From Chlorobiota bacterium (GTDB lineage: Bacteria; Bacteroidota; Bacteroidia; Bacteroidales; JAADGE01): 64,000 nucleotides of DNA. The stretch covers positions 466 through 64,465 of the forward strand of contig JAADGE010000055.1 in NCBI GenBank assembly GCA_013152535.1, given 5' to 3'. Made by a program: the position numbers and the translations under genes. Below are positions 19,924 to 29,673 of the stretch, piece by piece. Below the pieces are notes generated by a model that ran no database searches, was not told where the DNA came from, and saw only the letters and a list, made by a program, of their open reading frames with translations. The first letter of the stretch is position 1; the number at the start of each line of letters is the position of its first letter.

Positions 19924-22900
19924 TTAAAATAAGATAACCCGTTGTACTTGTATTGTACTTGTATTTTGTGTAATTGTAACAATTGCCGGTGTATATTTAT
20001 TTAATGCACCGCTGACTGATCCTACGGGAAAGGTAAAAGTTCCTGATCCTGACGGGAAGAGTTTTTTAACACCGTAGTCAGTAAATGAAACATTTGTTCC
20101 GATCATATTATTTATTCCGAACGGATTTGCTTCTTGTATTCGGCAATTAATACCGAGTGTTAAAATATTTCCGCCAATATTTAAAATTCCGGATTCTAAC
20201 TTTAAATATTCTGAAATTAACGGTGTATTTCCTACGGGAAGCACAATGCCGTTTCCGTTATTTATTGTTAATTTACCGTATGTTCCGCTTCCGGTCATTG
20301 TTTGTTGTGATGTTCCGACTAATGAAATTCCGTCTTCAATACCCGTTCCTCCGTAAGTATGTACGGCATCATTATTAATATTTCCGTAAACTTGAATTTC
20401 ATTGGCATTGTCGTTTAATGTTCCGGATTGCAGATCCAATATATTATCAATAACAATATCGGTCGTTCCGGAAGCAAGATTTAGGTTTGCTGTGTTTTGA
20501 TTTGTTAAATTCCAAAATGTTGTATTTCCGTTAATTTGCTGGTCGGAATTATTTTTAAAATAAGTTGTATTACCTCCGGCTGTGAATGTTCCTGCATTTG
20601 TAAAATCTCCGTAGCAATTCAAATCTAATCCGTTTGTTTTAAATTCGGTTCCGCCTTGAATATTTAATTCTCCGTTAAGAGTTAAAGGAATTGTCCACAT
20701 TTTTGCTTTCGGATTATTGGTACTTGTATTATCAAGGGTTAAATTTTGTAATGCAACGGTTGAATAAATACCGAATTCTTGATTTGCGGGTGTATCTCCG
20801 CTACCTAATGTAATTGTTGTTCCGGCTGATAAATTTGTTGTTTCGGGATCAAGATATAAACTTGCAAAAGTCGGATTTGTTTGTTGACGGACAATACTTA
20901 AACTACCGGCTGAATGTGTAAATGAACTTCCTGTATTTAAGATTTCAAAGACACCTCTGTTTTCTTCCGGAGCTGTATTTTTTCCGATAATAACAGTTCC
21001 GCCGCTTTGATTATATGTTAAAATTCCTTCGGTACTTGTAAGTCCTCTTCTGATTTGAGAACCGACAATTAATGAGCCGGAAGTTATTTCTAATGTTGCG
21101 TTTCCTGATGCCGAGTATTGAATGTAATTATTTCCGTTTGCCGTAGCCGGGAAATTTGCATCATCCATATTTACAATTCCGCCGCTTATGAGTAATTTAC
21201 CGTCGAGTAAAATTCCTGTATCATCACCTGAAACATTTACTTGTCCTTGTCTGATTTCGAGACAGGAGGAAGACGGGATATAAAAATTATCATTACCGGT
21301 GTTAATGTCAATATTAATTCCGGAATTATTAATTATCAGTGTTCCGTTTTGCAGTTCAACAGATTTCTGAATACCGACACCGTTTGTCGGACCGCCTAAA
21401 TTAAAATTATTATCAAAACTGAAAGAATAGGTTTGACTGTTTCCTTTATTTATAACAAATCGATAAAAATCAGCGGTATTACCGGCTAAAAAAGTATATG
21501 CGGCATTTTGCTCTCCCTGCAATTCCAGAATAGCATTGTTTCCGCCGGTATTATCTGAAAATAAATTGATTGTACCTTCTCTTTGTATCAGGTTTCCGGT
21601 TAAAATAATTTTGTGTTTTAAATTATTCGGACTTGTGTTTAAAACAGAAAGGTAGTTATTTGAAGATTGTGCCTGTCCGTCTCTGATTGTAATGTTTCCT
21701 TTTACCGTCAGTGTTCTGGCTGTACCGTCTGTTGAGAATTCAAATGCACCGTCTCTGTATCCGCCAACATAAAAGTTTCTGTCAACTAAGATATCGCCGT
21801 CTGCATCATTATCTGTTCTTATAACAGCACCGCCGTCAATTTTCATATCCCTTTTTACTTCAATGTCAACAGGAAAAATGAGGATTCTGTTGCCGACACC
21901 GGAAGAAGTATTTCCTTCTATTCTAAGATTCGGATATTCAGGATGATTCGGGAGTACGGTTATACCGTCTGCACGGTCGTGATAATAGAAATAGGCTTCG
22001 GTATTATTTACAAAATCTCCCATATCGGCAATTACTGTCGGGATGTTTGCAGGAGAAACTCTTTCGACAAAACCGCCGCGTCCCGAAATATAATTAAAGT
22101 TATGAGTTTGGGTTTCTTGTACATATACACGCGGATTCCAGGTTGTTCCGTCGCCGTCAAAAATAAGTGCGGCAATATTTATGTTATTGATATCACAAAG
22201 AATGGAGTGGTAGTCTCCGCCGCTGCCTCCGTTTGTGTTTCCTGTATCGTATCCTACACGGGCGATATCACCTGTTTGCGGGTATGTTCCTGTATTTGTG
22301 GAGCTGTTGTGAGATACGGTTGACCATACATTGGGGTCTGACCAATGATTACCTGTCCAACCGTTCCATAAGCGACTGTAGTAAACTCTGACGCTGCCGG
22401 TAAATCGGTTTGCAACACCGGCTGTATAATTTGCTTTTTCAAGTGTAAGCACATCAAAACTAATTCGGTTATTTGATGTATTAATGCTGCCGATTGTTCC
22501 TGATTGAGGTGCACGAGTAAACGGATCTTCATCCAATACTTTCCCTGCAATAAAATTTGCTTCATCCCCGGCATCATCATCAGAGTCATCATATACAAAG
22601 CGATAGATAACCGTCGGTAAAGTTGTAAAATCAGAATGTCCGACTCTCCAGTAATAAGACAGCAGATTTCCGCCGGCTAAATTCGTTGTTTGTAATTCTC
22701 CGTCAACCGGTCTTATTTGAATGTATCCGTCGTCGGTTGAGGCGGTTATACGTATTCTTACCGGTGTATATCTTGCTGTTCCGGTTTGTGTTCCGAGCGG
22801 CAAGCCAAAATCAGTATTACTGCTTATATTTCCGGGAATGTATAATTGAATTCCGCCGTCAGAAGCATTTGCATCGCTGAAAATCATTTTAGTTGTACTT

Positions 22901-25900
22901 CCGCCGGTATAGGAAAAATTGTTAAGAGTTGATTTTTGATGTAAATAGTCAACTTTTAATTTGTAGGTTTTAAGGTTTAAAAGTCCTCTGAAATAACCGA
23001 TTCTTTTGATATAAACGTTACTTCCGAGAGAAACAACAGCTCCGCCTTGCGGATTAAGCTTAAAATTACCGAGTTGTGCTCCGTCTTCTGTTTCTAATAC
23101 AGTATCATTATCTTTAAGCATAATATATGCGGTTAATTCTGTTGTGCCGGCAATATACACACCTAAAATTCCTGTTTTTTTAACTTGTACCGGTCCGAAA
23201 AGTCGAATGGACTGATGTCCCTGATTAAATGTTCCTTTTATAACATCAATGGTTCCTTGTACATTTATTAATCTGTTATAGTATTCTTGTGTTAAAGTTG
23301 TTTGAGTCGGATCTTTATTTGGGTCTCCTTTTAAAACAATTTCTGCACCGTTTGTTTTATTAACGGTCATATTCCATACATACAGTTCATAACCGTCATC
23401 AACATTATGTCCGATATATAAGGTATCACTTTTATCGCTGTTGAAAGTTAAAGTATTTGGTTTAGAAGAATCGTATAATAATCCATAGTTATGAGCACCT
23501 TGTTTTTGAGTGTTTTCAGCAATTGAAAAACCACCTCCTATTGTTATATCTTGTCCGTTGTGATTGAGGAAACAATTATCTTCGATTGTAAAATCATTTA
23601 AAACGACCAAAGGTTGAGCTGCCAAATCGGCATCGGCATTTCCGTTAATATTTGTTCCGGCATCCAAAAGATGATCGGTTGTGTTATCATTTGTGTTTCT
23701 GAATATGAGATTATAAAAAAGTGCTTTGGATGTAATTTTAAATGTATTACTTGTTCCGGCAATTTCTGCAATAACAGTTCCGCCGGTAACGTTAACATTT
23801 GCCGGGTCGGAAGCGATAAAAATTCCGCCTTGGTTTGTTGCGGTTCCGTTAGCGTCAAATATATGCAGGGTTCCTCCGGACATATTGAAAACATTTCCGG
23901 GATAAGTTAAGCTGAAATGATAATAACTGTTATTTGTAACGGCGGGGTTAATGATATTAACAGTTCCTCCGGATTGTATGTATCCGCCTACATTTGTCGA
24001 ACCATAAACGGAAGTTCTGATTTGATTTGTATTTACGATACCGCCTTCAATTTTTATTAATCCGTTAGCTCTGATTGTAATACCGCTGTTAATTTTTGCT
24101 TCAAGCAAACCGGAAGAAATTTGGATAATACCATAAGGAACAATTGCTGTTCCGGAATTTTTTTGAACGCTTCCTCCGGCAATCCATAAACGTGCAGCTT
24201 CTGAAATATTATAATTATTTACGGTATTTAATACGGGGATGTTGATGTTCGAACCTATTTTTACCGTTCCTTTTATTAATCCCAGAGCATTTGCATTGTT
24301 TGCAAGTTGAGATGTTGCCGAATGCCCTTGAGCTGCATATCCGAACAAGTTAAAATCAGCCGAAGCTGTTGCTTGAAGGGAGAGGATATAGGTTTTATCA
24401 TTTCCTTTATCAATTTCTATTCTGTAAAAATTTGTTGTACCGTTACATAAAACTTCCTGATTTGCATCGGGACTTAAAAAATTAGCATCCACAATTCCGT
24501 CAGTTGCTTCATTTGCATAATCGGCAGCTGTTCTGTTTGTAAATTTAACGGTTCCGTTATTTGTAAAATTCCCGTATATGTTAAATTGATGGCGTGCATT
24601 GCCTGTTCCGGTAAGAATTTGTCCGTTTGCTTGTATGCTGACATTGCCGGTTACGGTAAGATTTAGATTTGTTGTTGCAGAATTATCATTAATTTGAAAA
24701 ATACCGTTTTCAATAGTTAATCTGCCGTTTAAAGTATAATCGGCAAGCATTGTTAAAGTGTTTGCAGCATTATCCAAATTGATTTCCATATTAAAAAATG
24801 TGTGCGGTGTTGCAAGATTATATGAACCGCCTTGCCACACAACGGTTCCTTCACCTTGTCCTTTTGTTACAAAATCCGTTGCATCACCGAGCGGGAAATT
24901 ATCACTTGCTAATTTAATTCTTCCGCTTCCTTTAATCGTTGTAAAATTGTGACCGGAAGTGATGCCGAGTTGAAGAATTCCGTTAACGGTAATTCCTGCT
25001 GTTGTTTTATTGTTTGCAGAAACAGTAATTGTTTTACCTGTTTGTATGACAACTTTATCTTGAGACGCAGGAGTTTCATGACCGGGATTATTGGGTAATG
25101 CTCCGGCGGGATCAAGTGTCCAATATTCCCAATTATCCCAGTCTCCGCTTGCGAGAGCATACCAAGTTCTTCCGGCAATTCCTTCGATCGGACTGTTTGT
25201 TTCATCATCGGTTCCGATGGTGTAATAGCCGTTTTGTAAATCGGCATCGGCAACGTTAAAATACACTTGGTCGGCATCAAAACTTCCTTGTCCGGCAACT
25301 GTAACTTTTGTATATGATCCGGTTGCAGTGCTTCTGTATAATAAAACATAGTTAGCAACATTTGTCGGATATTGACCGTCTGTCAATGCTTCTTTAAAAT
25401 CAAAAATTAATTTTGCATCTATTCCGTCAGATGCAGTTTTTTCAATATACCATTGTCGGGCCCATGAAGCTTGAGTTACTGCGGGTAAATCTGCTCCGGT
25501 ATATGTTGTTGTTGAGTTATTGGCTGTATTATCATGTGCAAGCATCATATATTCGCCGTTTGCAAGAGTAGAATTCCATTCGTAAAGATATAAGCCGCCG
25601 GAACTTGTTTGATTTTGGCTGCCGTCAGTCTCTTTTCCTATGCCGGCAATATTATATACATAATTTGAGTTAAAATTTGCATCATTTCCGAATTTATTGT
25701 TTGAAGCAGTTGCAAAAGCTAAGTTGTATTTTTCGCTGAGATAATTTTCAACGATTAATCTTTGTGCTGAATTCAGAAAAGAGTTATACATTATTACTTC
25801 GGCAATCTCGCCCTGAAATGCTTGTCCTGCTGAATATCCGCCGTCGGGAGAATCTTGTTCGCCGCCGATTGCAAGACTTCCGCCTGAGGGAATTGAAACG

Positions 25901-26529
25901 CCGTTTTGAAAAGTTGCAGAATGAACAGGATCGCCGTTTTGATTAATGATTAAATTGCCGCCGCTGCTTTTCCATTTATGAGACATCATTTGCCAATTTC
26001 CGCTGTTAAAAGCATTTCCGGAAACGTTATTTCCGCCGTTGAGATAGGTTGTCAGCGAACTGTTATTGTATAAAAGAAACGCATTGTCTGTGCTTGAAGT
26101 GTTATAAGAAAGAAGACCGTCTCCGCTGTCGGTTGTTTTATAAACCATAAAAGTGGTAATACCGGAAGTGGGCATATCATTGAAAGGATTAATAACAATG
26201 CGGTTGTTTGTTTTAGAAAATTCTGCTCTCGGATGTCCGTTTAAATTGCTTGCATCATTCTGAAAAACAGGCGTAAAACCGGCAGTCGGTTGACTTAAAT
26301 TATTATTGTTGCCTGAAAGGTCAGTCCATGTTGCGATATCAGCACCATCAGTTAATCCCAAAGTGCCGGCATCAAGCCACAGAATATTTTTCGGTTGTCC
26401 GGAAGTTCCGGCGGCATTTCCGACACCGCCCGGACCTGTTTGAGCTAATATGGTATATGAGAAGCTCCAAAAAAATATCAGGAACAAAACTGTTGCAGTT
26501 TTTGTTATTTTTAAAAATAGATTTTTCAT
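19924..26529 (-). CDS. N-terminal fragment (2201 aa) of the giant surface protein: signal peptide, LamG/concanavalin-like domain, long Gly/Asn/Thr-rich beta-helix-like region
   Basis: Signal peptide MKNLFLKITKTATVLFLIFFWSFSYTILAQ. LamG-like block (...WQMMSHKWKSSGGNLIINQNG...GEIAEVIMYN, about 25700-26230). Ends prematurely in ...QVQRVILF* without a CTD. Confidence 0.85.
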   Translation of the reverse strand: MKNLFLKITKTATVLFLIFFWSFSYTILAQTGPGGVGNAAGTSGQPKNILWLDAGTLGLTDGADIATWTDLSGNNNNLSQPTAGFTPVFQNDASNLNGHPRAEFSKTNNRIVINPFNDMPTSGITTFMVYKTTDSGDGLLSYNTSSTDNAFLLYNNSSLTTYLNGGNNVSGNAFNSGNWQMMSHKWKSSGGNLIINQNGDPVHSATFQNGVSIPSGGSLAIGGEQDSPDGGYSAGQAFQGEIAEVIMYNSFLNSAQRLIVENYLSEKYNLAFATASNNKFGNDANFNSNYVYNIAGIGKETDGSQNQTSSGGLYLYEWNSTLANGEYMMLAHDNTANNSTTTYTGADLPAVTQASWARQWYIEKTASDGIDAKLIFDFKEALTDGQYPTNVANYVLLYRSTATGSYTKVTVAGQGSFDADQVYFNVADADLQNGYYTIGTDDETNSPIEGIAGRTWYALASGDWDNWEYWTLDPAGALPNNPGHETPASQDKVVIQTGKTITVSANNKTTAGITVNGILQLGITSGHNFTTIKGSGRIKLASDNFPLGDATDFVTKGQGEGTVVWQGGSYNLATPHTFFNMEINLDNAANTLTMLADYTLNGRLTIENGIFQINDNSATTNLNLTVTGNVSIQANGQILTGTGNARHQFNIYGNFTNNGTVKFTNRTAADYANEATDGIVDANFLSPDANQEVLCNGTTNFYRIEIDKGNDKTYILSLQATASADFNLFGYAAQGHSATSQLANNANALGLIKGTVKIGSNINIPVLNTVNNYNISEAARLWIAGGSVQKNSGTAIVPYGIIQISSGLLEAKINSGITIRANGLIKIEGGIVNTNQIRTSVYGSTNVGGYIQSGGTVNIINPAVTNNSYYHFSLTYPGNVFNMSGGTLHIFDANGTATNQGGIFIASDPANVNVTGGTVIAEIAGTSNTFKITSKALFYNLIFRNTNDNTTDHLLDAGTNINGNADADLAAQPLVVLNDFTIEDNCFLNHNGQDITIGGGFSIAENTQKQGAHNYGLLYDSSKPNTLTFNSDKSDTLYIGHNVDDGYELYVWNMTVNKTNGAEIVLKGDPNKDPTQTTLTQEYYNRLINVQGTIDVIKGTFNQGHQSIRLFGPVQVKKTGILGVYIAGTTELTAYIMLKDNDTVLETEDGAQLGNFKLNPQGGAVVSLGSNVYIKRIGYFRGLLNLKTYKLKVDYLHQKSTLNNFSYTGGSTTKMIFSDANASDGGIQLYIPGNISSNTDFGLPLGTQTGTARYTPVRIRITASTDDGYIQIRPVDGELQTTNLAGGNLLSYYWRVGHSDFTTLPTVIYRFVYDDSDDDAGDEANFIAGKVLDEDPFTRAPQSGTIGSINTSNNRISFDVLTLEKANYTAGVANRFTGSVRVYYSRLWNGWTGNHWSDPNVWSTVSHNSSTNTGTYPQTGDIARVGYDTGNTNGGSGGDYHSILCDINNINIAALIFDGDGTTWNPRVYVQETQTHNFNYISGRGGFVERVSPANIPTVIADMGDFVNNTEAYFYYHDRADGITVLPNHPEYPNLRIEGNTSSGVGNRILIFPVDIEVKRDMKIDGGAVIRTDNDADGDILVDRNFYVGGYRDGAFEFSTDGTARTLTVKGNITIRDGQAQSSNNYLSVLNTSPNNLKHKIILTGNLIQREGTINLFSDNTGGNNAILELQGEQNAAYTFLAGNTADFYRFVINKGNSQTYSFSFDNNFNLGGPTNGVGIQKSVELQNGTLIINNSGINIDINTGNDNFYIPSSSCLEIRQGQVNVSGDDTGILLDGKLLISGGIVNMDDANFPATANGNNYIQYSASGNATLEITSGSLIVGSQIRRGLTSTEGILTYNQSGGTVIIGKNTAPEENRGVFEILNTGSSFTHSAGSLSIVRQQTNPTFASLYLDPETTNLSAGTTITLGSGDTPANQEFGIYSTVALQNLTLDNTSTNNPKAKMWTIPLTLNGELNIQGGTEFKTNGLDLNCYGDFTNAGTFTAGGNTTYFKNNSDQQINGNTTFWNLTNQNTANLNLASGTTDIVIDNILDLQSGTLNDNANEIQVYGNINNDAVHTYGGTGIEDGISLVGTSQQTMTGSGTYGKLTINNGNGIVLPVGNTPLISEYLKLESGILNIGGNILTLGINCRIQEANPFGINNMIGTNVSFTDYGVKKLFPSGSGTFTFPVGSVSGALNKYTPAIVTITQNTSTIQVQRVILF
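19943..19964. repeat. perfect 11-bp tandem duplication (tgtacttgtat x2) at the junction of the two giant-protein ORFs
   Basis: Read directly: positions 19943-19953 are identical to 19954-19964. Confidence 0.95.
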
Positions 26530-26587
26530 AGTATATCGGGTCTAAGTTGTTCTGTTGAATAAAAGCGTAAAATTCTGTATTAACCGG

Positions 26588-26595
26588 CAAATTTA
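26588..26595 (-). promoter_or_regulatory. -7 promoter box (TAAATTTG on the minus strand) upstream of the giant gene
   Basis: Matches TAnnTTTG and lies about 59 nt upstream of the ATG at 26529. Confidence 0.4.
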
Positions 26596-26762
26596 TAGGT
26601 TTATATATAAAAAGGCTTCATTTTTTGATGAAATAACCTTTGTTTTACTTAAATAACTAAATCAACAGCTGTTAAGCAGAATTTTATTGCAAATTTAGAT
26701 TCTAAAAATTAGATAATCAAGAGATAGGGGTAAGCAAAAGGTAAACAAAAATCGGACAGAAG

Positions 26763-27737
26763 TTATTTTTTTCTGACGGTTATATATTCAACGAGAGCAG
26801 AAAGATATTTTTTCGGAAGCGAATTCGGCAGGCTGTCAAGATTTTTTAGTGTTTTCGTTTTATATTCGTTTAAGATTTGTTCAGTATATTTTAAACCGTT
26901 TTTATCGTTAACAAAATTTAAAATTTCATTAACGGAAGATTGCTTTTCGGAAGATTTTGCAACTAATTTTAATATATGTCTTTTTTCGGATTTATTTGCA
27001 TTTTTCAAAGCGTAAATCAGCGGCAAAGTCATTTTTTTTTCTTGTATATCATTTCCTGAAGGTTTCCCTGTTAAATTGGTTTTTTGATAATCGAAAAGAT
27101 CGTCTTTTATTTGGAAAGTGATACCCGCATTTTTACCGAATTGTTTCAGATTTTTGATTGTTTGTTCATCAGCACCGGCAGAAGCAGCACCGGCAGCGGT
27201 ACATGAGGCAATTAAAGTTGCGGTTTTTTTATAAATTATTTCAAAATAGGTTTCCTCGGAAATATCTAATTTTCGTGATTTTTCCATTTGCAACAGTTCA
27301 CCCTCAGCCATTTCTTTAACAGCTTCGGACACAATTTCCAGTAATTCAAATTCTTTCTTTTGAACGGCTAACAGTAAGCCTTTAGAAAGCAGAAAATCAC
27401 CGGCAAGAACGGCAATTTTCGATCGCCACAAAGCACTTATTGAGAAAAAACCGCGTCTTTTATGTGAATTGTCAACAACATCATCGTGAATTAATGTGGC
27501 TGTGTGCATTAACTCAATAAGAGCGGCAGCCGTATATGTGCTTTCGGTAACTTCTCCGACAAGTTTAGCCGAAAGAAAGACAAACATAGGTCTCATTTGT
27601 TTGCCTTTTCGCCGAATAATATAGTTCATAATAATGTCCAAGAGCGGAACATTACTTTTAACTGCTTTTTTAAAAAAGGGATTGAATTTATCCATTTCGG
27701 GCTTAATAAAAGCCCTTATCTTGTTTATTTCTGACAT
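26763..27737 (-). CDS. polyprenyl diphosphate synthase (long-chain, IspB-like)
   Basis: Asp-rich motifs LIHDDVVDNS and FQIKDDLFDY; 324 aa. Confidence 0.85.
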   Translation of the reverse strand: MSEINKIRAFIKPEMDKFNPFFKKAVKSNVPLLDIIMNYIIRRKGKQMRPMFVFLSAKLVGEVTESTYTAAALIELMHTATLIHDDVVDNSHKRRGFFSISALWRSKIAVLAGDFLLSKGLLLAVQKKEFELLEIVSEAVKEMAEGELLQMEKSRKLDISEETYFEIIYKKTATLIASCTAAGAASAGADEQTIKNLKQFGKNAGITFQIKDDLFDYQKTNLTGKPSGNDIQEKKMTLPLIYALKNANKSEKRHILKLVAKSSEKQSSVNEILNFVNDKNGLKYTEQILNEYKTKTLKNLDSLPNSLPKKYLSALVEYITVRKK

Positions 27738-27745
27738 TCAATTTT

Positions 27746-28507
27746 TTATTTAAAAAGCATCAATCGACCTTTACCGCAGGTAGCATCTCCGTAAAATGCA
27801 AAATAATAGTTTACCTCTAAAATAAGTTGTATCGAAAGCGGATTTGTGGGAGTTAAGATTTCTTCAGACGGGATATAGTATCCGTCATCAACTACATTGT
27901 ATGAATAACCCGGTGTAAAATCCGTAAATGAATAAGCAAATCGTGTTCCGAGGTTAACATCAAAACGTTCATTTTTATATACGGCAAGCCCAAAGCCCAA
28001 AACTAAACTTGTAAATTTTGGTGCATAATTAGCGGCAATATTATCCGTAGATTTAAACGGCGGATTAGGGTTGCTTATTGAGTTTGTAATTGTCAGAGAT
28101 TTTACGTTTGAAAATTTAGGACCAATTTCAAGATAACCGCCTTTTTCTCCGGAATATCTGAAAAACGGTAAAATATCAAGTGATTTTATTTTTAAGTTTT
28201 TATCGTAAATATCGCTGTTATTATCAATTGTATAATTTTGACCGAAATTTGAGAACAAGACATCAATACCGAAACCGATTTTATTTCCGTAAGTAAACGT
28301 AAAACGCCCGCCGTATGATAAACTCGGGGTTAAATAATTAAATTCAACATGTTTATCTTCAATATTATTAACATTTAAAAGAACTGAATTCCCGTAACCG
28401 ACTTTTGCTGCTATACTAAACCATTTGATAGTTTGTTTTCTTCTTTGAGCATCAGCATATTGAAAAAGAAGTGAGAATGTAATGAATAAATAAATAAATT
28501 TTTTCAT
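27746..28507 (-). CDS. outer-membrane beta-barrel protein (porin-family)
   Basis: Signal peptide MKKFIYLFITFSLLFQYADAQ at internal Met 61 of the ORF-track call, with alternating-strand composition. The upstream 60 codons overlap the divergent MscS promoter and gene and are unlikely to be coding. Confidence 0.6.
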   Translation of the reverse strand: MKKFIYLFITFSLLFQYADAQRRKQTIKWFSIAAKVGYGNSVLLNVNNIEDKHVEFNYLTPSLSYGGRFTFTYGNKIGFGIDVLFSNFGQNYTIDNNSDIYDKNLKIKSLDILPFFRYSGEKGGYLEIGPKFSNVKSLTITNSISNPNPPFKSTDNIAANYAPKFTSLVLGFGLAVYKNERFDVNLGTRFAYSFTDFTPGYSYNVVDDGYYIPSEEILTPTNPLSIQLILEVNYYFAFYGDATCGKGRLMLFK

Positions 28508-28576
28508 TTTAAGTAATTTTAGTTTGAAAGGATAAAAGTAATAAGATTTTCGATTTTTTAAATAAATTTTCTTTAA

Positions 28577-28584
28577 TAGATTTG
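28577..28584 (+). promoter_or_regulatory. -7 promoter box (TAGATTTG) upstream of the MscS gene
   Basis: Matches TAnnTTTG and lies 22 nt before the ATG at 28606. Confidence 0.5.
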
Positions 28585-28605
28585 CAAAATAAATAAAAAA
28601 AAGAT

Positions 28606-29673
28606 ATGAGTGAATTTTTTGAGAAGACTTTCTACGGAAATACGATTGCAGAATGGAGTGTTGCATTTTTAATAATTTTAGGAACATTCATTGTGGCAAA
28701 GGCAATTTATTGGCTTTCGGGAAATATTATAAAAAAGATTACTAAAAAGACGAAATCAAAATTAGACGACTTAATTATTGATAAAATTGAAGAACCCGTA
28801 ATTTTGGCATTAGTTCTGGGCGGAATTTGGTATGCTGTTTCATATCTGAATTTATCGGAAGGATTTGCAAATTTTGCCGACAAGGCTTTTTATGTTGCCT
28901 TTACTTTTGATGTGTCATGGTTGGTTGTACGCTTAGTTGATTCAATATTAGTTGAATATTTAAGTCCGCTTGTTAAAAAAACAAAAGGCAACCTTGACGA
29001 TCAGCTGATGCCGATAGTAAGAAAAAGTTTAAAAGCACTTATTTGGGCAATGGCAATTGTTATAGGATTAAATAATGCGGGCTATGATGTGGGGGCTTTA
29101 CTTGCCGGACTCGGATTAGGCGGTTTGGCATTTGCTATGGCGGCAAAAGATTCGGTGGCAAATCTTTTTGGCGGAGTAACGGTTTTTATGGATAAGCCGT
29201 TTCAAATAGGAGACAGAATTGTAATTGACGGTTATGACGGTACTGTTTTTGACATGGGCTTACGCAGTACGAAATTAAGAACACTTGCCGGAAGAACGGT
29301 TACCATTCCGAATAAAAACTTTACTGAAAAATATATTGAAAATATCAGTTCGGAACCGAGTCGAAAAATGACTGTTACCCTGGGATTAACTTACGAAACA
29401 ACTCCTGATGATATAAATAAAGGAATCGAGATTCTTAAAATGATTAATGAAAAGTGTGAATATACGAATAATAATTGTGTTGTGTATTTTCAATCATTCG
29501 GGGACTTTTCTTTAAATATTAATTTTACATATTATATTTTAAGCAAACCGGATTATTGGTTTTTAGCACCAAATGAAATAAATTTACAGATTTTACAAAA
29601 ATTTAACCAAGCCGGATTAGATTTTGCTTTTCCCACACAAACAATTTTAACCCAAGAAATACAATCGAATTAA
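28606..29673 (+). CDS. mechanosensitive ion channel (MscS family)
   Basis: Three or four TM segments followed by a conserved MscS core (...NLFGGVTVFMDKPFQIGDRIVIDGYDGTV...RTVTIPN). Confidence 0.85.
   Translation: MSEFFEKTFYGNTIAEWSVAFLIILGTFIVAKAIYWLSGNIIKKITKKTKSKLDDLIIDKIEEPVILALVLGGIWYAVSYLNLSEGFANFADKAFYVAFTFDVSWLVVRLVDSILVEYLSPLVKKTKGNLDDQLMPIVRKSLKALIWAMAIVIGLNNAGYDVGALLAGLGLGGLAFAMAAKDSVANLFGGVTVFMDKPFQIGDRIVIDGYDGTVFDMGLRSTKLRTLAGRTVTIPNKNFTEKYIENISSEPSRKMTVTLGLTYETTPDDINKGIEILKMINEKCEYTNNNCVVYFQSFGDFSLNINFTYYILSKPDYWFLAPNEINLQILQKFNQAGLDFAFPTQTILTQEIQSN

Noticed and set aside
19924-19975. Programmed ribosomal frameshifting to join the two giant ORFs (and likewise the copA and M1 peptidase fragments)
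   Set aside because: No slippery heptamer or downstream structure was seen at the junctions. Each junction coincides exactly with a perfect tandem duplication, and removing one copy restores the frame, so mutation is the simpler explanation.
20157-25946. Numerous 60-150-aa ORFs on both strands inside the giant gene (for example 21943-22323, 22254-22598, 23598-23910, 24909-25361)
   Set aside because: These are shadow ORFs fully nested in a 6.6-kb coding region. Their translations are low-complexity with no motifs, signal peptides or promoter boxes.
15793-26600. tRNA-Ala as the attachment site of a genomic island carrying the giant gene
   Set aside because: No integrase, no transposase, and no direct repeat of the tRNA 3' end were seen in the window. 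Adjacency alone is insufficient evidence.
28508-28687. The 60-codon N-terminal extension of the outer-membrane beta-barrel ORF
   Set aside because: A canonical signal peptide begins at the internal Met (28507). The extension overlaps the divergent MscS promoter box and start codon.
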